Shown here: positions 1 to 9,937 of the stretch, piece after piece
How positions within the stretch are numbered: the first letter of the stretch is position 1
Layout of the letters: each line of letters begins with the position of its first letter
DNA from: Candidatus Heimdallarchaeota archaeon
Lineage (GTDB): Archaea; Asgardarchaeota; Heimdallarchaeia; JABLTI01
Direction: 5' to 3'
DNA: 54,920 bases
Assembly (NCBI GenBank): GCA_019056785.1
Contig: DXJV01000082.1
Location: 1-54,920 of the forward strand
Program-made: the position numbers and the translations under genes
Notes under the pieces: model-generated
Seen by the model: only the letters and a program-made list of their open reading frames with translations
Told to the model about the DNA's origin: nothing
The model's database searches: none

Positions 1-849
1 AATAACAGCATCTGTCCCCTTCACGTATTTTTGAGCGCGCCCAAAATAGATCACCAACTCTTTTTTCCCTTCCAAAATAGCTTCAAGAGGGAATGGAGCA
101 CCATAAAAGGGCCCTTTTCCAAGCGAATCATTCCTTTCAGCAATCATCTCTTTTGTTACATCGAGTGGGACACGTGTTGAGAACCATCCTTTCTCCGGCA
201 GAGCATTGTACAAGGGAATTGTTTCTTCGGCTTTTTTGACCATTTTAATTAACGCCAGGTGCTTTGCCATGTAGGGACTTATAACAATCATCTTTGCATG
301 GTTATGAATTTCTCGTTCTAAGATCCGACGTTGCGGCCGGTTGTCCTTGTGTTCAGCAAAAGTGGAATGAGTGATAAAATAATTGACAATTTTCGTGGAA
401 CCATACAAGCCATTTTCTCTGGCTGTTTGTATGTTTAATACTGCTGGAATGGAAGCAAACCCATGTGCCATGACCACAATGCCATCAAATTGTCGTTCTT
501 TTGCTAACCGGATCATAGCTTTATTTGTTTCAAAACCATATTTTTCCCAATTCCAAGGATGAGCATAAGGACCAGAAGCACCATTTGAAACCAGGATCAT
601 TTTCCCGTTGTTTGTTTCAGCCATTCGCTCTTTCAATTCTTCCACTCGGGAGAGTTTTTCCAGTTTCTTTGGTCTGGGAGAAATAACATAAGGGATGATT
701 TCTATATATTCTTTGAGACTATTCGCTGCTTTAATCACTTGTTCGACATAAGGAAAGAGCATTGCATGCTCGCCCCCAATTTTAACTGCACCTTCTTGAA
801 TCAATGTTATAACTGCAATTCTTGGTTTCACTTTTATTTGGTCACTCAT
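1..849 (-). CDS. GT-B fold glycosyltransferase (GT4-like), 3' part runs off the window
   Basis: Not in the ORF track; translated by hand. ATG at 849 follows an AGGTG SD; 283 open codons MSDQIKVKPRIAVITL...KIGG...AH...THS...ISPY...LYNA...VIYFGRAQKYVKGTDAVI. The GR-x-x-x-x-x-KG-x-D segment resembles the start of the GT4 nucleotide-sugar domain. Confidence 0.8.
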   Translation of the reverse strand, partial: MSDQIKVKPRIAVITLIQEGAVKIGGEHAMLFPYVEQVIKAANSLKEYIEIIPYVISPRPKKLEKLSRVEELKERMAETNNGKMILVSNGASGPYAHPWNWEKYGFETNKAMIRLAKERQFDGIVVMAHGFASIPAVLNIQTARENGLYGSTKIVNYFITHSTFAEHKDNRPQRRILEREIHNHAKMIVISPYMAKHLALIKMVKKAEETIPLYNALPEKGWFSTRVPLDVTKEMIAERNDSLGKGPFYGAPFPLEAILEGKKELVIYFGRAQKYVKGTDAVI

Positions 850-1001
850 AACTCTTACACCTAAAATGGAGATGATTCTTTATTGCATCATGAATCATTT
901 TTATGTCTTGCTGTTAAACTTTGAATAATATATCAATAAACAAAAGAGAATTGAAATACAAATATATGATTAATCTAATAAAAAATTATAATAAAAGGAA
1001 C

Positions 1002-1589
1002 CTAAATTCCTCCACGAGGTAGTTCCTTTTGAACGATTAAGTGATCTTTTGGCTTGTTCTGACGGATGAGTGCCTTCTTAATTAAGCCTGTTTTGACGTA
1101 CTTGTGCTTTTCGCAATAAAATTTCTCTTCAATTTCACAATCACGTTCAAAATGCGTCCAAAGAGTAAGAATACCATTTCTTATTGCATAATGCTCCAAG
1201 GCGGTTAATAATTCCGTCCCGATCCCTAATCGACGCCATTCTGGTAATACCACAATCCAAATTTTTCCGATATGCTTTTGAACGGGTATGCCAAAAATAC
1301 TTGTTTCAAGCGTTGCTTCTGCGATGATTTCTTTCTGGTGTTCTGCAACTAAGCTTAACCCACCAGCTAATTCCCTGGCTTCCAAATTCCGAAGGACATA
1401 GCGTACTTCTAACGTAGTATTTGGTGGCGAATCGAAATAATTTATATCATATAACTCGCCATGGAATTTGGTAATACCATTCAAGTCAGTCCAATCTAAT
1501 AATCTAATTTTAATGTCTTTTTCAGTTGATGTTTTATATCTTCTTTCTCTGAAGCTCACTTCGTTGTGCCCCTCCAAAGGAAATGACAA
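1002..1589 (-). CDS. GNAT family N-acetyltransferase
   Basis: Acetyl-CoA motif A VLPEWRRLGIGTELL and motif B FYCEKHKY; TTG start. Confidence 0.85.
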   Translation of the reverse strand: MSFPLEGHNEVSFRERRYKTSTEKDIKIRLLDWTDLNGITKFHGELYDINYFDSPPNTTLEVRYVLRNLEARELAGGLSLVAEHQKEIIAEATLETSIFGIPVQKHIGKIWIVVLPEWRRLGIGTELLTALEHYAIRNGILTLWTHFERDCEIEEKFYCEKHKYVKTGLIKKALIRQNKPKDHLIVQKELPRGGI

Positions 1590-1694
1590 TTTTTTTCATT
1601 TTGTTCTTTCTTTTTTTAGAGAAGAAATCTTCTCTGTAAATAAAGAAATAATACTTACATTAAAAGAATTTCTTAAGAATTTATCTTTTCTGTG

Positions 1695-3692
1695 CTAAAT
1701 TAATCCACGAATCTTTTTAAAGGCAAATGAAACGCTTTCAAAAGCATGTTTCTTTTTTCCAGAATAATAGACTAACCCAAGATGTTTAATGACGCCATTC
1801 TCAATGGAAATGCCAGCATTATCAATAAGGCTCGAAATACAGATGCCAGAAACATTGAAGACACTACTCCTTGAGCTTAAACTTAAAATGTTCGCCAAAT
1901 ACTTTGCTTGTCCGCTTTCCCCAAAATTGAAGGAACTAACGCCAATTTCGCTGACCCAAAATGCTTTTGTTGTGTTAGCCGAATTGTAAAGTATACCGTA
2001 ATTAAATAGCAAATTATCACGCCAATTGAATAAAACAGGATAGAAAACAACACCAACAATATCAATGGAAATTGAATTATTTGTTAAAAGCTCTTGGAAC
2101 AACTCTGTCCCTCTTTTTAAGGCCAGTACTGTGGTCATGACTTTAGTTGTTGGGCTTTCAGCTTTTATAATCTCAGAAGTATTCTTTAGTACATTAAATA
2201 ATTCCTCTTTTTCTATTTTTTCAGCTGTTAATGACAGCAATTTTCCATTAATTTCATTAAAAATAATCAAATAATCTGGTTTTAGTGTGCTTGCAATTTC
2301 TCTTGAAGTATTAGCAAAAAGGCCAAATAATGCCTGTTTTGTGGAAGAAAATTGGGCGTCGATATTAATGATGACTCTTAAGCCGGCAGATTTGATCCTT
2401 TGAACACCTTGGATAATTGCATTTTTAGAGTAATGATTAGTAAGAGCAGTTGATGAAATGTCATAACGCAAATGAGTTGCAGATAATTCTTTCGCTAAGG
2501 AAATCTCTTCATCGAGTTTTTCTGACCAGTTGCTGGAAATATTGCCAGTGGCATCAAACGTTGAAAATACACTTCCAGTAGTCGCGAGAACCATCCCTGG
2601 TTTCGAAGTAAAGGGTTGTTGAGAATACTTTGGTAGCACATTGAGTGACGCAACACCTGCAAAGGAAAGGGGTGTAAGAATAATCAAGACAAGGATGATA
2701 CCAACGGATAAACTTCGCAAGGTTTTGTCCAAGCCATTTACAAATTTTCTTAGCTGGAAAGGGAAGTCACTCGAACCAACAAACTCGGCGTACTTTGTAT
2801 CCTCATCTACCGGTGTCTTTTGAAGTTCTTTTCGAATTAACTCTAACTCTTTTGCATATTCTTCTTGAGCCTTTCGCTCTTCAAAAAAGGGCTTTCGATC
2901 CCCTGGGAGGAAGGATTCTTTTGTTCTTAGCCCTTTTTTTGTGTATGAGCGCTTTATTATAGGCTCGGTCAAATCCTCAAACTCGAACAAAGGCTTTTTC
3001 TCCTTATGATAGAGATAATACTCTTCTACCGGCAAGGCAAAATAATAACGGGGATTTAGCATATAGGGAGGGAAAACAAAGATTGGACTAAAGAAGGCAT
3101 TCGTATTCACAAAGAGAATTTGCCACCACATAGCATTCGTATTTATTGTATGCGAGAAAATACCTAAAATACTCGGGAGGTCGGCTCCGAAATCAACCAA
3201 TGACCAGTTTAAGAGATAGAGAAGAGCAAAGATGTTATAAAGTAGGATGAACCAATCTTTAGCTTTTCGTCTTCTTGCTTTTGCAAATGTATGGCAAATT
3301 TGGACAAAGGCTAAAAGACTGGGGACAAGGAAAATCATTTTCGGAAAATTAAAAAGCAAACTCGAAAGTAAAAACCAGAAAATAAAATTGAAAACAGTAA
3401 CTATCAATCCAAAAATGACCCAACCCTTAGGAATGCCCAATCGTTTTCGGACATCTTTTTTGCGAACTTCTCGCAAATAACTAATGAAAATTCTGATGTA
3501 CCAAAGGCCAAAAATAAGCCCAAAGAAAACTTGAATGAAATAGACCAGAACATTAAGGATGCCAAGGATATTATTTAAGAGAAAAGCAATTATTCCAATT
3601 ACAACAGTTATTGCAAAAATAATAGCAATTTGCGTTTCCTCAGCATGAAGATTGGCTCGCCTCATAATGGGGATAATCGTTTTTGGTTTCAA
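1695..3692 (-). CDS. Polytopic membrane protein with C-terminal glycoside hydrolase-like (clan GH-A) TIM barrel
   Basis: About 6-7 hydrophobic helices, a charged linker, one more TM, then LRYD, IIFNEING (acid/base NE), DIVGVVFYP and FWVSEIG (nucleophile E). Confidence 0.65.
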   Translation of the reverse strand: MKPKTIIPIMRRANLHAEETQIAIIFAITVVIGIIAFLLNNILGILNVLVYFIQVFFGLIFGLWYIRIFISYLREVRKKDVRKRLGIPKGWVIFGLIVTVFNFIFWFLLSSLLFNFPKMIFLVPSLLAFVQICHTFAKARRRKAKDWFILLYNIFALLYLLNWSLVDFGADLPSILGIFSHTINTNAMWWQILFVNTNAFFSPIFVFPPYMLNPRYYFALPVEEYYLYHKEKKPLFEFEDLTEPIIKRSYTKKGLRTKESFLPGDRKPFFEERKAQEEYAKELELIRKELQKTPVDEDTKYAEFVGSSDFPFQLRKFVNGLDKTLRSLSVGIILVLIILTPLSFAGVASLNVLPKYSQQPFTSKPGMVLATTGSVFSTFDATGNISSNWSEKLDEEISLAKELSATHLRYDISSTALTNHYSKNAIIQGVQRIKSAGLRVIINIDAQFSSTKQALFGLFANTSREIASTLKPDYLIIFNEINGKLLSLTAEKIEKEELFNVLKNTSEIIKAESPTTKVMTTVLALKRGTELFQELLTNNSISIDIVGVVFYPVLFNWRDNLLFNYGILYNSANTTKAFWVSEIGVSSFNFGESGQAKYLANILSLSSRSSVFNVSGICISSLIDNAGISIENGVIKHLGLVYYSGKKKHAFESVSFAFKKIRGLI

Positions 3693-3920
3693 AAGTATTT
3701 TGTGAAATCGGAATTTATAATTTTTAAAAAGAACACTTTTTAAAAGGAAATTTCAATTAAGTTAAGGGGGAAGAAAAGGGTTATCTCTCAAACTCTTGAA
3801 ATTTTAACCACGAAGAACAATACTATCTTACTAAAAATTTAAAGAATGAAATAAACTAATGTATTCAAATGGTTTAGCAATCCCGGAATAAAAAAATCAA
3901 ATTAAATACTAGGTGGTTTT

Positions 3921-5021
3921 TTGCCTTTCAAAAGAGATGACTTACCAAGGCTTGTTAATGATCCCTTCAAAGGAAAAGGAGGTTTTATGCCAGATAAGAT
4001 TCGAGATAAAATAACAGTTCGTGTTGGTCTTAATGAAAATTTAACCTTTCCCAAAGATGTAATTAAGCGACTCTTACAACAGGTAGCTGAAACGATTGAC
4101 CCTCGAGTTTACCCAGAAGACTATTGCGACTCGCTTTGCGAGATTCTTGCCAAGGAGAATAAGCTCGATCCTTCACAAGTTATTATTGGAAATGGCGGCG
4201 ACAAGATTATTGATTTAATGGTTCGTTTAACGATTTACAAAGGCGATTCTGCTGTTCTTGTTCTCCCAACCTATCCCATGTATGAACATGCCATCAAAGT
4301 GCAGGGAGGGGAGATAACAACATGTCTCCTTTCACCCGCTCCAGATTTTGACATTAATGTTGATGAACTTTTAGCCAGCGTGACTTCAAGAGATCGGTTG
4401 TTATTTCTATGCTCCCCCAACAATCCAACAGGCAATCAATTTTCTCAAGAGAAATTAGAGAAAATCATCTCGTCTTTTCCGGGAATTGTTGCTTTAGATG
4501 AAACCTATTCAGATTTTGCTGATTATTCGATGGTTCCTTTGCTACATAAATACCCAAATCTGATCATAATGAAAAGTATGTCGAAATTTTTTGGCATGGC
4601 GGGTATGCGAATTGGTTATGCCTTGGCAGATGAATTTCTTATAAAAAGGCTAAAGGAATTACTTCCAGCATTCAATGTAAATATTGCTTCTCTTGAGTTA
4701 GCCAAGTTAGTTTTACAGGAAAAAAAAGTACTACAGAAGATGGTCTCTGAAATCATCGCTGAACGTGAAAGAACATTTACTGCCTTACAAACAATCGATG
4801 GGATTGATGCCTACCCCTCTTCGACTAATTTCATTCTCTTTAAAGTTTTAGAAAAAGAAGCCCAGCAAGTGCAACAAACCTTACTAAAAGAGAAAGGCGT
4901 ACTTGTGAGGAATATGAGCGCTTTACCTAGATGTGAGAATTGTTTGCGTGTCTCGATTACAACCAAAGAAAACAACAACAAATTCCTTGAAGCTCTCTCA
5001 GCAGTCTTACAAAGTAGTTAA
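3921..5021 (+). CDS. hisC: Histidinol-phosphate aminotransferase-like PLP enzyme (class I/II)
   Basis: LNEN, GNGGD, CSPNNPTG, DETY, SMSKFFGMAGMRIGY (PLP lysine), LRVSI. AGGTGG SD before TTG. Confidence 0.8.
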   Translation: MPFKRDDLPRLVNDPFKGKGGFMPDKIRDKITVRVGLNENLTFPKDVIKRLLQQVAETIDPRVYPEDYCDSLCEILAKENKLDPSQVIIGNGGDKIIDLMVRLTIYKGDSAVLVLPTYPMYEHAIKVQGGEITTCLLSPAPDFDINVDELLASVTSRDRLLFLCSPNNPTGNQFSQEKLEKIISSFPGIVALDETYSDFADYSMVPLLHKYPNLIIMKSMSKFFGMAGMRIGYALADEFLIKRLKELLPAFNVNIASLELAKLVLQEKKVLQKMVSEIIAERERTFTALQTIDGIDAYPSSTNFILFKVLEKEAQQVQQTLLKEKGVLVRNMSALPRCENCLRVSITTKENNNKFLEALSAVLQSS

Positions 5022-5173
5022 TCTTTAGGCTAGAGTAAAAATTTTAAAGTCATAAGGTTATGAGTGATTAATTTTGACAGAACAGCTGGTATCTTCAAAA
5101 CAAAATTAAAGAAAGAGTAGTGAGTTAAAAAATAAATAGATAATTAGGAGAATCGAAACAGGAGATAAAACGA

Positions 5174-5983
5174 ATGGCTAACAATGATGAGCAACGAAGA
5201 AAGGAGTTTTACGAGCGGACATTTGGTCAACTTGAGGAGATGTACAAAAAATCCATAGAGGACCCTAACAATCAAATGAATCTTTTACGATACGCTAAGG
5301 GATTGGTTAATACAATAACGATTTTTGGTATGAGTGGTGATCCCGAAGGAATTGATCTTGTACTCCAGCGTTTTCGTAAGCTGGTGGAAGAGCATGGAAA
5401 CATTGATGAAATTCAAAATCAATTTGCTACTGCGCTTGCGAATTCCATGTCATATTTAATGAAAAAACAAAAGTTTGACTCTATGTATGAACGACTTGAA
5501 GAACTGCGAATGTTTGCACGGTCTTACCCCATGAACATGTCTTGTCAACGATCGTTGGCAGGCGGACTAGTAAATTCGATCATTAATTTTGGCCAGCGAG
5601 GAATGGTTGAACCAATTAAGCAACTTATTAGAGAACTTTTAGTTCTTGCTAATGCTCATAAAGAAAATGAAGAGATCCAACTCGCATTAGCCAAAGGGTT
5701 AGTGAATGCCATTGGTTATCTTGGGAAACATGGCGAATATGAGAAAGCAATTCCCCTTATTGACGAACTCATGGCTCTTACTGATGCTTATCAATATAAT
5801 GAAGATTTTATCTTACAAAGAGCAAATGGTATTGTCACAGCAATGACTGTCTTCAAAGATAAGGAGGAATTTGTTGACCTTGTGGATGAGCTTGATGCTG
5901 AGCTTGCTCGAATGGCAAAAGAGTTTCCAAATCATGAAGGCGTGCAACTACGAGCAAAAACAAAGAGTCTTGGAAGAGATTAA
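5174..5983 (+). CDS. Alpha-helical tandem repeat (TPR-like solenoid) protein
   Basis: Five ~44-aa repeats anchored on AKGLVN / ATALAN / AGGLVN / AKGLVN / ANGIVT; GGAG SD. Confidence 0.75.
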   Translation: MANNDEQRRKEFYERTFGQLEEMYKKSIEDPNNQMNLLRYAKGLVNTITIFGMSGDPEGIDLVLQRFRKLVEEHGNIDEIQNQFATALANSMSYLMKKQKFDSMYERLEELRMFARSYPMNMSCQRSLAGGLVNSIINFGQRGMVEPIKQLIRELLVLANAHKENEEIQLALAKGLVNAIGYLGKHGEYEKAIPLIDELMALTDAYQYNEDFILQRANGIVTAMTVFKDKEEFVDLVDELDAELARMAKEFPNHEGVQLRAKTKSLGRD

Positions 5984-6003
5984 AAACCTCTTCCAGAAAC
6001 TTT

Positions 6004-6603
6004 TTAATCGTCTATTTTACAGATATTAGCCAATTTAAGAATTCGTTGTGGATTCTCCTTTGTTAAATCAAACTTCTTCCCGGCAAAGTAGGCTTTCTTA
6101 TTTATTTCGTGAAACTTTGGTGCTGTTAATTTCTCAATGGCTTTCTCGAAAGAATCGTCACTTGCAAGATTGAAGAGCTGGTTTAACACTCCTAAAAGTA
6201 CCATATTCATTGTTTTTCTTGAACCTACTTGTTCTGAGATAGTTAACATAGGTGCGAGAATGAGTTTATCCTTGATAACTTTCGGGATGGTTTTCGCTAC
6301 TTCTGTTGCTGTGAGATATATTTGAGCATCGAAGAAGTTTTCCAAATCGTCTTGAGTTAAGGCAACATAGACATCAATATCTGTCATGCGAGGATAAATG
6401 ATTCTTTCTATTGAGACTTTTATTTCACTTCTCGTTTCGCCACCGGTGATAGCTGAGCCGTATTTCATACTCTGGACTGCATGTCGATGGTCATAGATTG
6501 CAGCCTGACCAATGATGGAGCCGGCGAGCTTGACACCCTGTCCACCGATGCCACGGATCATGAGATTTATGTCGCAATTAACTTTTTTTGATTTCATAGG
6601 CAT
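6004..6603 (-). CDS. korC: 2-oxoacid:ferredoxin oxidoreductase gamma subunit
   Basis: GIGGQG, YGSAITGG, NMVLLG, NKKAY; overlaps the end of the beta gene. Confidence 0.9.
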   Translation of the reverse strand: MPMKSKKVNCDINLMIRGIGGQGVKLAGSIIGQAAIYDHRHAVQSMKYGSAITGGETRSEIKVSIERIIYPRMTDIDVYVALTQDDLENFFDAQIYLTATEVAKTIPKVIKDKLILAPMLTISEQVGSRKTMNMVLLGVLNQLFNLASDDSFEKAIEKLTAPKFHEINKKAYFAGKKFDLTKENPQRILKLANICKIDD

Positions 6604-7495
6604 TTACAATCCTCTCTGAAAATTCTATTGGTCGTTCTTTTTCTTCTAAGAAAATTCCTGTGGGAATTTTTGTAAACCCAACCCCCACTTTGAATTCAAT
6701 GTCTGTTTTATGCCAGTCTTTATTGATATCTTTTTCAGTCATTCGCACACGAGCTTTCTTAAACTGTTTTCGCATGGCAATTGCGTCTCCTAAATTATTT
6801 CGTCGGCCGAAGTTGACATGACAATTAGAGATAACTTCAATAAAGGAGAACCCTTGGTGATTCATTCCCCGTGCAATTGCCTTTGCGAGAGGGGTGAACT
6901 CATAGACTGTATACCTCGCACAAAAAGTCGCACCATTGGCAATGGCAATTTGTGAGAGATTGAAGGGATAAGATATCTTTCCATAAGGAGTTGTTTTAGT
7001 TAGAGCACCTACAGGTGTTGTTGGCGCATCTTGACCGCCGGTAAGGCCATAGATGGAATTATTAATGACAATTACAGTCATATCGATGTTTCTTCGTGCA
7101 GCATGAGCAAGGTGGCCCATTCCAATTGAAAAGAGGTCGCCATCACCGGAGATTATCACAGGTTTTATATCTGGTCTCGCAATTTCCACGCCGGATGCAA
7201 AAGGTATTGCTCGACCGTGAATCGCATGGAAACCATCTAAATTTATATAGCCACTTGCTCTCCCGGTGCACCCAATGCCACTTATAACGACAATATTTTC
7301 ATGGGGGATGTCTGTGTATTTGGTGATCGCTTCGAGGAAAGCTTGAATGGTTGTGCCGATACCACATCCAGGACAATATATTGTTGGGATGGCATATTTT
7401 CTTAGCAACTCATCATATGGATGATGAAATTTTTTAGGCGGGTTTTTAACCATTGTGCTGGTATCAATTTCATTTGTCTTTTTCTTAGCAGTCAT
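6578..7495 (-). CDS. korB: 2-oxoacid:ferredoxin oxidoreductase beta subunit (TPP-binding)
   Basis: CPGCG, SGIGC, HGRA, TPP motif GDGD...NN, YGLTGGQ. Confidence 0.93.
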   Translation of the reverse strand: MTAKKKTNEIDTSTMVKNPPKKFHHPYDELLRKYAIPTIYCPGCGIGTTIQAFLEAITKYTDIPHENIVVISGIGCTGRASGYINLDGFHAIHGRAIPFASGVEIARPDIKPVIISGDGDLFSIGMGHLAHAARRNIDMTVIVINNSIYGLTGGQDAPTTPVGALTKTTPYGKISYPFNLSQIAIANGATFCARYTVYEFTPLAKAIARGMNHQGFSFIEVISNCHVNFGRRNNLGDAIAMRKQFKKARVRMTEKDINKDWHKTDIEFKVGVGFTKIPTGIFLEEKERPIEFSERIVNAYEIKKS

Positions 7496-7507
7496 TTTTC
7501 TTTCATC

Positions 7508-8677
7508 TCATTTCTTTCTTGCTTTTTTCAATCCCTCGAGTATCATTGCCGGAGAGGGAGGTGTTCCGCCAATTCTCGAAACCAACAGACATGGTTTACG
7601 AGCATAACGTTCTACTGGCCAGATCAATTGTCCCATACTCATTTCTGCGACAACTAATTCGGCCCGTTGAGCAAGTTCCTCTATCTGTTCTTTTGGGAAA
7701 GGCCAAACGGTAATAAGACGCAAAAGGCCTGCTTTGAGCCCCTCTTCTCGCGCGTCTAAAACAGCTTGGAGCGCTGAGCGAGCACTTATCCCTGTAGCAA
7801 TGACAATAACTTCAGCATCTTCGAGGTAATATTCTTCTGGTTTTGGATAGAGATGGTTGTTGATTTCTACTTTCTTATATAAGCGATGGATTAGCTCACT
7901 ATGTAAATCTTCGTCCAATAATGGCACACCACTGTCTTTATGGGTTAATCCTGTACCGAAAATGTGATAGCCCTCTCCAAAATGAGCCATTGGAGGTACC
8001 AAATCATCTTGCCCTGTTATGTCAAATTGTTTGAAAGAGTTTTTATCAGTTCCGGGAGGTGGGCGCTTTCGGTTAATAATCACAAGATCCTCTTTTTTCG
8101 GAATTTCAATTTGCTCCATCATCCGTCCGACATCGCCATCTAGGAGTAAGATTACCGGCGAACGCACTTGCTCTGAGATATTAAAAGCGGTGATTGTTAA
8201 GTCAAAGCATTCTTGAACAGACCAGGGGGTAAGAGCAATGGCTGGGTAATCGCCATGTGAACCAAATTGTACTTGCATATAATCTCCTTGCGCTGAAAAA
8301 GTGGGTAGCCCTGTTGATGGTCCTCCTCTTTGGATGTTCACACAGACAAGTGGTGTTTCCGTCATATATGCCAATCCAAGACCTTCTTGCTTTAGTGAAA
8401 AACCAGGTCCGGAGGTTGCAGTCATCACTTTTGAACCTGCCCATGAGGCACCAATGCACATGTTTATTGAAGCGATCTCGTCCTCAACAATAAAAGCAGC
8501 TTTTCCACCTACGGCAGGTAAGCGATAAGTAACATACTCGACAATTTCTGATGCAGGCGAAATGGGATAGGCAAAAAACTCAGCTATTCCACTTGCAATT
8601 GCACCTTCAACAATAGCCCAATTGCCATTTTTGAAATGTGTTCCAGTTAAAACTTTTGGTTGTAGTTTTATCGTCAA
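7508..8677 (-). CDS. korA: 2-oxoacid:ferredoxin oxidoreductase alpha subunit
   Basis: AYPISPASE, EDEIAS, TATSGPGFSLKQE, QRGGPSTGLPT, WPFP. TTG start overlaps the delta TGA stop. Confidence 0.93.
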   Translation of the reverse strand: MTIKLQPKVLTGTHFKNGNWAIVEGAIASGIAEFFAYPISPASEIVEYVTYRLPAVGGKAAFIVEDEIASINMCIGASWAGSKVMTATSGPGFSLKQEGLGLAYMTETPLVCVNIQRGGPSTGLPTFSAQGDYMQVQFGSHGDYPAIALTPWSVQECFDLTITAFNISEQVRSPVILLLDGDVGRMMEQIEIPKKEDLVIINRKRPPPGTDKNSFKQFDITGQDDLVPPMAHFGEGYHIFGTGLTHKDSGVPLLDEDLHSELIHRLYKKVEINNHLYPKPEEYYLEDAEVIVIATGISARSALQAVLDAREEGLKAGLLRLITVWPFPKEQIEELAQRAELVVAEMSMGQLIWPVERYARKPCLLVSRIGGTPPSPAMILEGLKKARKK

Positions 8678-8967
8678 TTTTTCTTTTCCTCTTGTGTTTT
8701 TTCTTCTTTTAATAGTTCTTCCTTTTCCGTTTGCTCATTTTCGTCAATAAAAATGGCAAAATCGGGGCAGGAACGCTCACACATGTAACACTTGATACAA
8801 TCACGCATGCGTTGCATTTTTGCGACCCTCCAACCTTTATCGTTGTACTCGTCAGAAAAACCAAGACAATTTTTCGGGCAAAAAGCAATGCAAAGACCAC
8901 AGCCTTTACATCGACTTTCATCGGTGATAAGATAGTATTTCTTTTCGGGGTGCTGATGTACTTCCAT
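8674..8967 (-). CDS. korD: 2-oxoacid:ferredoxin oxidoreductase delta subunit (2x[4Fe-4S])
   Basis: CKGCGLCIAFCP and CIKCYMCERSCP; first gene of the operon, GAGG SD. Confidence 0.92.
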   Translation of the reverse strand: MEVHQHPEKKYYLITDESRCKGCGLCIAFCPKNCLGFSDEYNDKGWRVAKMQRMRDCIKCYMCERSCPDFAIFIDENEQTEKEELLKEEKTQEEKKN

Positions 8968-9158
8968 TAATCTGCCTCAAAAAGTATTCAAATGATATCG
9001 TAAAAAGCTATCTCTTATATAGTTATCTTTAAACTAAAAAATTCAAGAAAACAATTTTTGGGTAGAAACCGCGTTCTAGAATTATTTCCCATTACAATGA
9101 AGAGAAAGATTCTAAAATCTTGAACATAAAATAAAACACACAAGAATCCACGCTCCGG

Positions 9159-9860
9159 ATGATTTTACCATTGCCAGAAAGAGAACAAAAAAAACCCCAA
9201 AAGAAAAAGAAGCCAATACTTAACGGTAGTCTAATGAGTGGCGAGGGTATAAGTGATATTGAAGTTAAGAAACAAAAACTCTCTAAGAAAAGGGCAGAAC
9301 AAGTCGAAATAGTACCAAAAGAACGAGAAGAAATCAAAAAGCAAATTGCCACAGGATTAACGATTGGAATGAAAACTAAAGACATTCTTTCTTTTTTCTT
9401 CCTCCAATTTCTACCACTATTGCTCTTTGCTAGCGCATTTTTTGTGCCGGGCATTGTTTTCTATTTCAAAACAAGCCTTGATTTCAGGAATTTAACGATC
9501 ATTGCCCAAGTGACTGGGTCATTTTTCTATCTCTATGATTTTGTCCGGTTGCTTGCTGCACTCACTTTTAAAATTGAAATCACAACTGATAAAATTAGAT
9601 GGCGCAATGTTTTTTGGTGGAAAGAAATTCCCTTCCAAGAAGGGCTTGAACTTTCTTCTAAGAAAGGGTATTATTTTTATTTGACAAAAATTGGTGGCTT
9701 ACTTCAAACAAACATTGAAGTTTTTCAACTAAAAAGTGAAAACAAAGATTATTGGATCAGGGCCTATCCATTACGTAAAAAAGTCGCCAAAGAACTCTTT
9801 AAAAAACTCTTTATTTGGACCAATCCCGCCGGTCTCAAGGCAGATAATGATGAACAATAA
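9159..9860 (+). CDS. Two-TM membrane protein with probable bacterial-type PH domain
   Basis: Lys-rich N-terminus, two TMs, then KIEITTDKIRWRNVFWWKEIPF, typical of bPH-like beta strands. Confidence 0.6.
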   Translation: MILPLPEREQKKPQKKKKPILNGSLMSGEGISDIEVKKQKLSKKRAEQVEIVPKEREEIKKQIATGLTIGMKTKDILSFFFLQFLPLLLFASAFFVPGIVFYFKTSLDFRNLTIIAQVTGSFFYLYDFVRLLAALTFKIEITTDKIRWRNVFWWKEIPFQEGLELSSKKGYYFYLTKIGGLLQTNIEVFQLKSENKDYWIRAYPLRKKVAKELFKKLFIWTNPAGLKADNDEQ

Positions 9861-9937
9861 TTTTCTTATATTTTCTTCGATGTTCTTTTATAAAGGATAA
9901 AATAGTAGGAATGAAATAGATTGGAGATCAAGGAAAG

